DNA of 64,000 nucleotides. It comes from Octopus sinensis. Taxonomy: Eukaryota. Below, piece after piece: positions 54,043 through 64,000 of the stretch. How positions within the stretch are numbered: the first letter of the stretch is position 1; the number at the start of each line of letters is the position of its first letter. Position numbers and translations under genes: made by a program. The notes beneath the pieces were generated by a model. That model was not told where the DNA came from. It ran no database searches and was given only the letters and a program-made list of their open reading frames with translations. The stretch is from the NCBI RefSeq assembly GCF_006345805.1, contig NC_043002.1, positions 91,884,001 through 91,948,000 on the forward strand. The letters run 5' to 3'.

Positions 54043-54273
54043 ATTTCTTTACTACCCACAAGGGGCTAAACACAGAGGGGACAAACAAGGACAGACAAAG
54101 GGAGTAAGTCGATTACATCGACCCCAGTGCGAAACTGGTACTTTATTTATCAACCCCGAAAGGATGAAAGGTAAAGTCGACCTCGGCGGAATTTGAACTC
54201 AGAACGTAACGACAGACGAAATACCGCAAAGCATTTCGCCCGGCGCGCTAACGTTTCTGCCAGCTCGCCGCCT
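54043..54273 (-). mobile_element. SINE family A with Tx1-like tail and TSD
   Basis: gttcttgatagtataa at 54023-54038 and gttctcgatagtataa at 54274-54289. Confidence 0.92.
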
Positions 54274-54580
54274 GTTCTCGATAGTATAAGCTGAATTATA
54301 CTGTTTGCTTCATTCCTTTGAATATTTCTCTGTAGGCACGACAAGAAAGCCTGAAACATTGAAAACGTTTGGTGTAAGGAGACATCCTTGTTTGGCACCA
54401 ACTATTATTTCAAACCGATGATTTGAAACCCAGGCAAAAACCAATCGCCTGGCAGAATCGTTAACCACGGCGAGCTAAACACGTAACGGCATTTCGTCCG
54501 ACTTTACATTCTGAGTACAGATTCCACTGAGGTTGACTTTGCCTTTCATCCTTTCGAGATCGATGAAAATAGTAGTAGTT

Positions 54581-55064
54581 CTGTGGTTCCCAAACTTTTC
54601 ACTGGAGTTCCCAACAGTGGTTGCCGACCCTTTTATTTAAATGAGTTTTCCCACGAACCCTTTTAAATATGTCTATTCTTATGTATATAATCTTTTTATT
54701 TTTTATTCGTTTACTTGTTTCAGTCATTTGATTGCAGCCATGCTGGCGCACCGCCTTTAGTCGAACAAATCTACCCCAGGACTTATTCTTTGTAAGCTTA
54801 GTACTTATCCTGTCGATATCTTTTGCCAAACCGCTAAGTCACGGGGACGTAAACACACCAACATCAATGTAACTACATGTGGATCTTTGGCGATTTTTTT
54901 CGTCCGTCTTCCTTTTCTCTGTCTCTTGTTTCTGAAGAAGAGCTTTGCTCGAAATGTAAAAACTACCTTTCTTTTGTTCCCTGAGCATCTGCTAATACTT
55001 TGCATGTACCAGGTCCTCGCGTTGTGGTTTTTAATCTTGCGTTTTTTCTTCGTTTTACTTTTGG

Positions 55065-55131
<67 letters not shown>

Positions 55132-55387
55132 GTATATATATACACGACGGGTTTCTTTCAGCTTCCATCTACCAAATCCTCTCACAAGGCTTTAGTCGGC
55201 CCGAGGATATAGTAGAAGACACTTGCCCAAAGTGCCACGCTGTGGGACTGAACCCGAAACCATGTGGTTGAGAAACAAGTTTCTTACCACGCAGCCACTG
55301 CTTAAAATTTTAAATTTAGTTCGCGGACCCCTAGTACTACCTTTGCGGACCATCAGGGGTCCACGAACTGCAGGTTGGGAACCACTG
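54581..55387. mobile_element. hAT (Charlie-like) MITE carrying nested insertions
   Basis: Termini ctgtggttcccaa / ttgggaaccactg; 8-bp TSD tagtagtt / tactagtt. Confidence 0.75.
54928..54963 (+). ncRNA. Minimal type I hammerhead (family H1)
   Basis: GTTT CTGAAGA A GAGC-TTT-GCTC GAA ATGT A AAAAC. Confidence 0.7.
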
Positions 55388-55794
55388 TACTAGTTGAATA
55401 CTGAGGGTGATTTATTCATCTAAGGCCTTCCCTTAAACATACGGGCCTTGTGCCAAAATTTGAAACCGATATTTACAATTGGTAGGTGGTTTGTAAACTT
55501 TTCTATGATAAACCATAATCTCGCTCACAATAAAGAGATTTTGAAGTAAAATTATTTTTGTGCTCCGAATATTTTTTGCTAGAATATTTCGACAACAGAA
55601 TTTCTCTTTTCTTTTGTACCATTTCTTCAAATATTGAACATCAGCATTTCATAATAATCTTCTCTCTTTAGTTTGGAGTATTTTTATTCAGATGCTATGT
55701 TTGGCTCTTGAAATTTTTCAAGATATTATTTTCTTTTCAAATTCGCTTTTATTTTCTACTAATTTCATGTTTCAGCTATATTATCATTATTATT

Positions 55795-55845
<51 letters not shown>

Positions 55846-55860
55846 GTTGTTGTTATTATT

Positions 55861-55905
<45 letters not shown>

Positions 55906-56123
55906 ATTATTAAGAATGAGGTTAGCTGGAAGAATCGTTAGGACGCCGGGCAAAATACTTAATGGTAATTCGTCCGCCTTTACGCTCTGAGTCAAGCGCT
56001 GCCGAGGTCGAGTTTGCTTTCATTATTTTGGGTCAATAAATTAAGTACCAGTGAAACACTGGGGTCGATGCAGTTTGGTGGTCATCTCCCCACGAAATTA
56101 CAGGTCTTGTCCATATGGAAGAA

Positions 56124-56170
<47 letters not shown>

Positions 56171-56214
56171 CATTATTATTAATATTATTATTATTATTAT
56201 CATTATTATTAAAA

Positions 56215-56374
56215 ATACAGGCGCAGGAGTGGCTGTGTAGTAAATAGTTTGACTACCAACCATATGGTTCCGGGTTCAGTCCCACTGCGTGGAACCTTGG
56301 GCAAGTGTCTAATATATTCTCGGGCCGACCAAAGCCTTGTGGCTGGATTTGGTAGAAACTGAAAGAAGCTCGTC

Positions 56375-56442
<68 letters not shown>

Positions 56443-56945
56443 GTGTCTGTTATATGTAAAATTAATAATTATATATATGTGTGCGTATAATATATATGTG
56501 TCCTTGCATGTGTATGTGTGTGTATGTGTGCTTGTCTGTCCGTATTACCTATTTACCTATCTGTCTACTTACCTATCTGTTTACTTACATATCCATTTAC
56601 CTACACACACATATATATGAGCGGCTGTGTGGTAAGTAGCCTGCCTTCCAACCACATGGCTCCGAGTTCAGTCCCACTGCGTGGCACCTTGGGCAAATGT
56701 CTTCTAGTAAAGCCTCGAGCCGATCAAAGCCTTGTGAGTAGATTTGGTCCACGGAAAGAAGCCCGTCATATATATATATATATATAATATATATATACTT
56801 TATTTAAAGCAAAGCATATTACTCTACCACTGGTATTTGAGTACTCTTTTTTCCACCTTGTTTCGCATTTATGTGTTTACTCCGGTATATATAATATATA
56901 TGTATGTATGTATGTATGTACATAGATATACACCACACACACAAC

Positions 56946-56995
<50 letters not shown>

Positions 56996-57210
56996 TATAT
57001 AGTATATATTATATATACGTATTTATGTATGTATGTATGTATGTTTGTGTGCCTGTGTGTGTATGTTCGTGTATCTGTGTTGTCACCGTAAACTAGCAGT
57101 TCGGCAAAAAGTGACCGATAGAATAAGTACTAGGCTTACAAAGAATAAGTGGTGGGGTCGATTAGCATGGCCGCAGTCAAATGACTGAAATAAATAAAAG
57201 AATAAAAGAA
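56215..57210 (+). mobile_element. Two SINE family B heads plus a separated tail, interleaved with microsatellites
   Basis: Heads at about 56215-56385 and 56620-56770; tail block at about 57085-57210. Confidence 0.8.
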
Positions 57211-57555
57211 TATATGTACGTCTACATAACTGTCTACTAACAAATCTACCTTTGCATGTATAACCTGTGGGTATTGGGGTATCACTACCTTCTATGTATA
57301 TCTCCTATTTAGTACTAGGGATGTTTCATTTATGAGGACGTACGAGAGAGAGAGAGATAGAGAGAGCGGCAACTAGACAACTATGAGACGACAGAGAGGC
57401 TGAATATTCTCCATAAGGGGAGAGAGCAGCTTCAAAGTCTATATTTTATTTATTGTATTTTTTTCTTCCTATATTGAGAGGTCTTTTTGTTAGGAGTGAA
57501 ATAGTATATGATGTTTCCATATATCCGTAAAATACATTTATTGGATATTCCTGTC

Positions 57556-57603
57556 GTTGTTGATAGCGCTATGTCTCCCTCATTCTGGGCTCGTCAGTAC
57601 AAC
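57556..57603 (-). ncRNA. Hammerhead relic (GAA changed to GAC)
   Basis: GTTGTA CTGACGA GCCC-AGAATGA-GGGA GAC ATAGCGCTAT C AACAAC. Confidence 0.55.
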
Positions 57604-57699
57604 ATAACAGTAAGAGAGAGGTGGGGAGAAAGGAGAGAGATACGTAAAGTTAATAGACAAAATGATAACGTTGCCAATATATTATAAGTTAATGCATAA

Positions 57700-57970
57700 T
57701 AAACAATTGCAGCGTGGAAGGTGTTTATAAGCCATTTAAGAAACACACGAAAACCGTTAGATTCGCTTCAACATTTAAATTTAATTTGTCAAAATATTTT
57801 CGTCGCTTCGAGACCGCGACCTGTTCACTAGCAAAATTCTGTGCTGCATCGGAATTTTGTCACAGCGACGAAAATATTTTGGCAAATTAAATTTAAATGT
57901 TGAAGTGAATCTAACGGTTCGTGTGTGTTTCGTAAATAGTTTATAAACACCTTCCACGCTGCAATTGTTT
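57700..57970. repeat. About 270-bp imperfect palindrome
   Basis: aattgcagcgtggaaggtgtttataa...aaaatattttcgtcgct mirrored by agcgacgaaaatattt...ttataaacaccttccacgctgcaatt. Confidence 0.9.
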
Positions 57971-58587
57971 TCATTCCAGCACACGATCACAGATCAGATT
58001 ACTTGCTATGTAAGTACATCTTCGTAATGTGTAATACTTAATAGTAAAGTGTTTAGCATTAAAGAAACACTTAATTCAAGAAAGACATTCATAAGTTTAT
58101 ATTTTATGAGATGTCTGATGAAATAAGTGATACTCTAGAGATGCCAAAGGAAAAGGTTTTCATGGCGTATTCAATATTTCGCTGCTATAAATAAATTGAA
58201 TTGTAGATATTTTTTTCCTTTAAAAATGTTTTTATGGCTTCATAATTTTTAGTAAAGTTTGCAGTGAATTTGCATAGTCTGACTATCATGCATTTATTTT
58301 TTTATCGATAAATTCTTCTTAAGAGGCCGACAAACTGAAAGAATCACTTGATCATCGGATAGAATAGGTGTTTATTAGTATTCTGAGTTCAAAGGTCCTC
58401 TGAGGTGTATTTCACCTTTCGTTTATTCAATTACATAAATACCAGTCATGTAAAAGATTCTTAGCTGCCCCCTGCTGTTCTCCCCTAACGAAGGAAAATC
58501 AAATTTTTGACCTTCCGCCAATTATTATTTCATATTTTAATAATTAAACCATTAAAAGTAGCGAGCTGATAGAGCAAAAGTGTAAAT

Positions 58588-58753
58588 ATAGGCGCAGGAG
58601 TGGCTGTGTGGCAAGTAGCTTGCTTTCCAGCCACATGATTCTGGGTTCAGTCCCACTGCGTGGCACCTTGGGCAAGTGTCTTCTACTATAGCCTCGGACC
58701 GATCAAAGCCTTGTGAGTGGATTTGGTTGACGAAAACTGAAAGAAGCTCGTCG

Positions 58754-58809
<56 letters not shown>

Positions 58810-59100
58810 GTGTGTGTGTGTGTGTCTGTGTGTGTGTGTCTGTGTGTTTGTGTCTGTGTGTGTGTGCATGTGTGTGTCTGTGTGTGTATGCATATGTTTG
58901 TGTGTCTGTGTTTGTCCCACCAACATCGCTTGGCAACCGATGCTGGTGTGTTTACGTCCCCGTAACTTAGCGGTTCGGCAAGAGAGACTGATAGAATAAG
59001 TATTAAGCTTAGAAAGAGTAAGTCCTGCGGTTGATTTGCTCGACTAAAGGCGGTGCTCCAGCTTGGCCGCAGTCAAATTACTGAAACAAATAAAAGAATA
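58588..59100 (+). mobile_element. SINE family B, full length with expanded internal (TG)n
   Basis: ggcgcaggagtggctgtgtgg head to cagtcaaattactgaaacaaataaaag tail. Confidence 0.92.
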
Positions 59101-59109
59101 ATACTAATA

Positions 59110-60081
59110 AGGAGTAAATAAATATTTAGAAGTGGATATCTCTATAGATATTATTATTATTGTTATTACTATCTGCGTAATTATTTATAGTTGATATGAA
59201 GAACAACAATAATACAGGTTTCTTGGAGGCCTTAAATAGCATTATATAGCGATAGAATTAAAATTCAAAATTTATATATATCATAAGGGTACACAAGGTG
59301 CCTACCTGCTAGAAAAAGGAGCTAAATATATTTACTCCTTATTAGTATATTCACACTGAGGCTGTTCTGATTTTGGCGCAAAACAATTCAGAACGGCGGT
59401 AGACTTCAACGTGACGACTTAAAAAATTTTTTCAGTTGGCAAAACTTGATGAAGTTTGAGGTTTTTCGCTAGAACTAGAAATCATAATGCAAGTGTATCC
59501 AAATACCGAAATATTTAGCATTGAGCTGCATTTGGTATGTTAAAATTATTTGATCCGCTCGCCCGCTTACAGTTGTTTTACTGTTGAAATTTACAGTGTT
59601 ATTGGTGGTTTATCTGAGAGTTTTAGCTACTCTTTCTAGCAGGTAGGTACCTTGTATGCCCTTATGATAAGTATAAATTTTCAATTTTAATTCTATAGTT
59701 ATCTAATGTTATTTAAGGCCTGAAACCACCTATATTATTGCTGTTGTTATTATCAACTATTTATAATTATCGCAGATAGTAATAACAATAATAATATCTA
59801 TATGAATATTCACTTCCGAATATTTACTTCTTGTTAGTATATTTACACTGAAACTCTTCTGATTTTGGCGCAAAAAAATTCAGAACGCTGGCAGACTTAA
59901 ACATGACGAGTGTCTCCAAATGCCAAAATATTTAGCATTGAGCTGTATTTCGTATGTTCAAATTATTTGGTCTGTTTGTCCGCTTACGATTGTTTTTCTG
60001 TTGAATTTTTCAGTGTTATTGGTGGATTTTCTGAGAGCTTTAGCTACTCTATTTAGCAGGTAGGTACCTTGTGTGTCCTTA

Positions 60082-60085
<4 letters not shown>
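59110..60085. repeat. Unclassified inverted-plus-tandem repeat complex
   Basis: 59110-59330 is the reverse complement of 59620-59830; 59335-59670 is directly repeated at 59830-60085. Confidence 0.85.
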
Positions 60086-60136
<51 letters not shown>

Positions 60137-60139
60137 ATA

Positions 60140-60275
<136 letters not shown>

Positions 60276-60514
60276 TTACACACGCACATACAGTTTGTGT
60301 GTGCATATAGAGGGTGGCCCAAAAGTAGGTTTACATTAAACACGTAGGCACTTTAAATTTCTTTCAAAACATATTAATACATTTAAATTTCTATCATACT
60401 AAATGAAGAGGGAGCTTGACAGAATTAACTAAATTGGCATATAATAATGGTTTCATGTTATTTTGTAATTAAGATCTTAATTGTTAATATATGAATGCGA
60501 AAGAGATAGTTGAA

Positions 60515-60812
60515 TAACTGTAAAAGTACTTATTTTTTCGGTCTCTTTTGCCGAACCGTTAAGTTACGGGGACATAAACACACCAGCATCGGTTATCAAG
60601 CGATGTTGGGGGAGGGGGGCACACAGACACTCAAATATATATACACACACATACATTTATATGTGCATATATACCACAGGATTCTTTCAGTTTCCGTCTA
60701 CCAAATACACTCACAAGGCTTTGGTCGGCCCGAGGCTATAGTTGGTGCCACACAGTGGGAATGAACCCCGGAACCATGTGGTTCGTAAGCAAGCTACTTA
60801 CCACACAGCCAC
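60515..60812 (-). mobile_element. SINE family B
   Basis: ggtctcttttgccgaaccg...gaaccatgtggttcgtaagcaagctacttaccacacagccac. Confidence 0.85.
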
Positions 60813-60976
60813 CATAATTTTGCATGATTTTTATATCTCTGTAGGAAACGATCTTCTGCATGAATTAAGATTCTCTTATATGTTTTAACATCTTCTCTTC
60901 TCCATTTTTAACAAAATTTGAATTTTATGGGATTTCTTTCCATAAATTCACAACACATCATTTACAAGTATGTACG

Positions 60977-61110
<134 letters not shown>

Positions 61111-61232
61111 CATAGATAGATAGATGTGTGTGTGTATATGTACATATATATACATTCAAAATGTGACTGCGTGTGTACCGTTGGCGATTTTTTTCCTCCG
61201 TCTTCCCTTCTTTGGATCTTTCCTTTTCCTAT

Positions 61233-61267
61233 GTTTCTGACGAAGAGCTCCGCTCGAAACGTTAAAC
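61233..61267 (+). ncRNA. Minimal type I hammerhead (family H1), intact core
   Basis: GTTT CTGACGA A GAGC-TCC-GCTC GAA ACGT T AAAC, inside a 61150-61365 element. Confidence 0.78.
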
Positions 61268-61569
61268 CCTCCTTCTTTCCTGGGCGTCCAATAATACTAT
61301 ACTTGTTCCACGTCCTCGCGTTGCAGTGTTTTCTCTTTGTGTTTTCATGTTTGGATTAACTTTATATATATATATATACATAATTGTATATGGTGTGTTG
61401 TGAATTTATGGAAAGAAATCCCATAAAACTCAACAGATTTGTTAAAAATGGAGAAAAGAAGATGTTAAAATATCTAAAAGAATTTTAATTCATGCGGTGC
61501 AACCCGCTCCTTTCTTAGAAAAGTTTGTCCGGCTCTACACAAGTAGGAAGAAGAAACAGCTGAAAAAGC

Positions 61570-62545
61570 TGGAACTCAACCCACTGGATTTTTCTCAGAA
61601 AAATATATCTATCCCTACACAAAAACAATATCTCAAAAGTGTTAAAGAGAAAACAGAAGAGTTTGTTCGTAGATTGAGATGGAAAGCCTTCTTCTTTGAT
61701 ACTAAACAGAAAACCAACGGAAACAAATACGGACTTAAATCTTCCAGGAACCCACCACCTATTCCGGAATTAGAAGCCTTCGAGAAAGACCTTTTCGAAC
61801 TTAGTAGAAAAATTAGATTCCGTAAATATAGCAACCAATTACAGAGAAATATGAAAGAAAAAATTAAGGAAATTAACAACTCGAATAAGATCATTAATTC
61901 TGATAAGACAAGAAACTTATATGCATTTGATAAGGACAATTACAAGCGTCTAATTTCGAATAGCATCAAAGATACATACAAAAAGACAACACAAATATAT
62001 ACAAAGTGGTGAATTTGGAGGCAAGAAGAATAGCTAACAATCTTAAGATTAGCGATAGGATAGAATATCTTTCCCCTCTCGACCCGCTTTTATTACCCTG
62101 ATAGACCATAAAGCCAATTTTAATAGAAACCCCAAATGTAGATTGATTAATCTGGCTAAAACTGAAATAGGTAATATTAGCAAATATATTTTGGACCGTA
62201 TTTTAACTAAGTTAGATAGTGAATTAGATTTGAGAATTTGGAAGAATAGTAAGTCAGTTATAGATTGGTTTAAAGGGATTAGCTATAAGCATAACTGCAA
62301 TTTTACGCAGTTTTATATTATTGACTTTTACCCGTCAATATCTAGCACTTTACTCCTAAAATCATTATCAACATCGATAACTCGGAAATTGATATTATCA
62401 TACATGCGAGGAAATCACTTCATTTTTACGAGGATTCCACCTGGGTTAAGAAGAGTGAGGATTCTCTTTTCGATGTACCGATGGGAGCATAAGACGGGGC
62501 TGAGTTATGTATGCTCACAGGAGCTTATATTCTAAACAATCTAAA
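61570..62545 (+). mobile_element. Penelope-like element coding relic (N-terminus and first half of RT)
   Basis: KNISIPTQKQYL...FVRRLRWKAFFF, SDKTRNLY, RLINLAKTEIGNISK, IIDFYPSIS, FDVPMGA*DGAE; stops and frameshifts. Confidence 0.85.
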
Positions 62546-63099
62546 ACTCGGCCGCCGGGTATGTTTTGTGTCTGCGCGGAGGTTTGGAAAGTTCAGATTT
62601 ACAAACCGTTAGAGCTACACGTGCTCTAACGCTCTATGCATCTAGGATTTAGAAGGCTACCCACTGACGAACCTTGCCTGGGCAAACATATTCTGTATGT
62701 TTTGCTAAAAAGAGGTAGAAACTGATCAGTCTGGGATACATCTATAATGGTAAATGTTTTTGATTATCATTCCTTTGATGAATTTATCCCTCTTTGTGTT
62801 TCTAGCACTTACTTCCTTATTTGGGAGCCTTTATTATATTTCTATACGAAAAATATATTGTCTAATGACTAATTCGTCTTTTGTGCTAGGCCACTGGTAA
62901 TAATAACTTATGTTATTACCCTTTTTAATTATGTATATATATATCTATATATACGATGGGCTTCTTTCAGTTTCCGTCTACTAAATACAGTTATAAGACT
63001 TTGGTCCAGCAGGATTAAAAATAAAACCTATCAGAGGCTTGAAGAGCTCGTCGCAGAAAAGCCATGGATGTTCCATAGCTGGAGAGGAGACAGGAAACA

Positions 63100-63900
63100 C
63101 CAGGTATCTATCTGTTGAAACAGGTATTATGGTAAAACTAAATGCAAATGCCTTTACGGTATCTGTTTGAGTTTGGGGAAAAAACGACCGTGGTTCAGTT
63201 GCTTGTTACAAGGTTTTTCAAAGGAACGTGTCGATAAATATGCTGAAGAACCAAACTAAAAATTAAAACAATGTAAAACCTTTATAGTTTAACCTTGCTG
63301 TGTACGAGTATTTTATTTATGTGGAGAAGTACAATATATAACTGATGCGATAAAGAGATATCGAGATATTCTTGGAATATTGTAGAGATTGCTGAAACAA
63401 GATGTAGATATATCATGACAGATAATGGACATAAAATACAGCTTCGAAGGGAGGAAAGCAAGCATGAAAAGGATTTAGGTTCCACTGTGTATAAAGATGC
63501 CTTTTATGGTCTATAATACATTGTGCACAGTTCTACAACAAAATATACACAATAGGACAGGCAGTTAAACCATAGAGTATCATAATAATCCAAAATTTAT
63601 ATTCCAGCTATAATGCTGAAATAGAGAATTACTATGAAAATAAAAATGATAATTGAAAAAAGAAAGTAATGCACAATTGTTAATGAAATCTAGATAAATA
63701 TATTGACTGGAACAGAAAAATTGGATCACATGCTCACGCTGCTTCGGAAAGAGTACTTGGTAAAAATGGCTTGGACAAGCATTGGCAGTTTGCAGAGTGA
63801 AATTGTTAGAATTCATACACAACTCTAATTATAGCAAGTTCGAAAAATTAGCTCATACCATCAACAAGGACAACACACCCAATGTATGGTGGGCAGATAT
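63100..63900 (+). mobile_element. Possible decayed CR1/L2-type LINE fragment
   Basis: YIMTDNGHKIQL...EKDLG resembles the CR1 EKDLGV region; little else recognisable. Confidence 0.25.
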
Positions 63901-64000
63901 ACAGTAACAAGACAAAGTATTTTCTTGTTCCGAAAATATATCACTCGAGTTTGTAGAGATAGTTTTTCAATTCTATACTTTTATTCTTTGGCTGCGACTA

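Noticed and set aside
57505-57609. Plus-strand exon-like frame resembling a cadherin linker (IPVVVDSAMSPSFWARQYNIT)
   Set aside because: Weak acceptor, and the antisense strand is better explained as a hammerhead relic

Overview
AT-rich, microsatellite-saturated animal genomic DNA, most likely from an octopus (inferred from the SINE families and repeat landscape, not verified), with a 100-N gap at 43162-43261. No intact, confidently identifiable host gene was found, and nearly all listed ORFs are microsatellite translations. The window is mostly transposable elements: a near-complete but frameshifted Tx1-clade LINE (25854-30276, -), a 5'-truncated R4/Dong-type RLE LINE in (TAA)n (46841-49082), two Penelope-like element (PLE) coding relics (23355-25190, 61570-62545), three Tc1/mariner relics, a decayed Chapaev3-like transposase, non-autonomous Helitrons, a hAT MITE and many tRNA-derived SINEs of three families. 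Main signals read by eye: (1) about a dozen type I hammerhead ribozyme motifs from many unrelated sequence families, almost all with a palindromic helix III (PLE dimer type), several sitting in PLE-style tandem/inverted fold-backs; (2) a SINE subfamily whose 3' tail matches the 3' end of the Tx1 LINE in the same window and which repeatedly forms head-to-tail dimers with older copies of its own family. All alignments and folds were done by eye; repeat boundaries are approximate.
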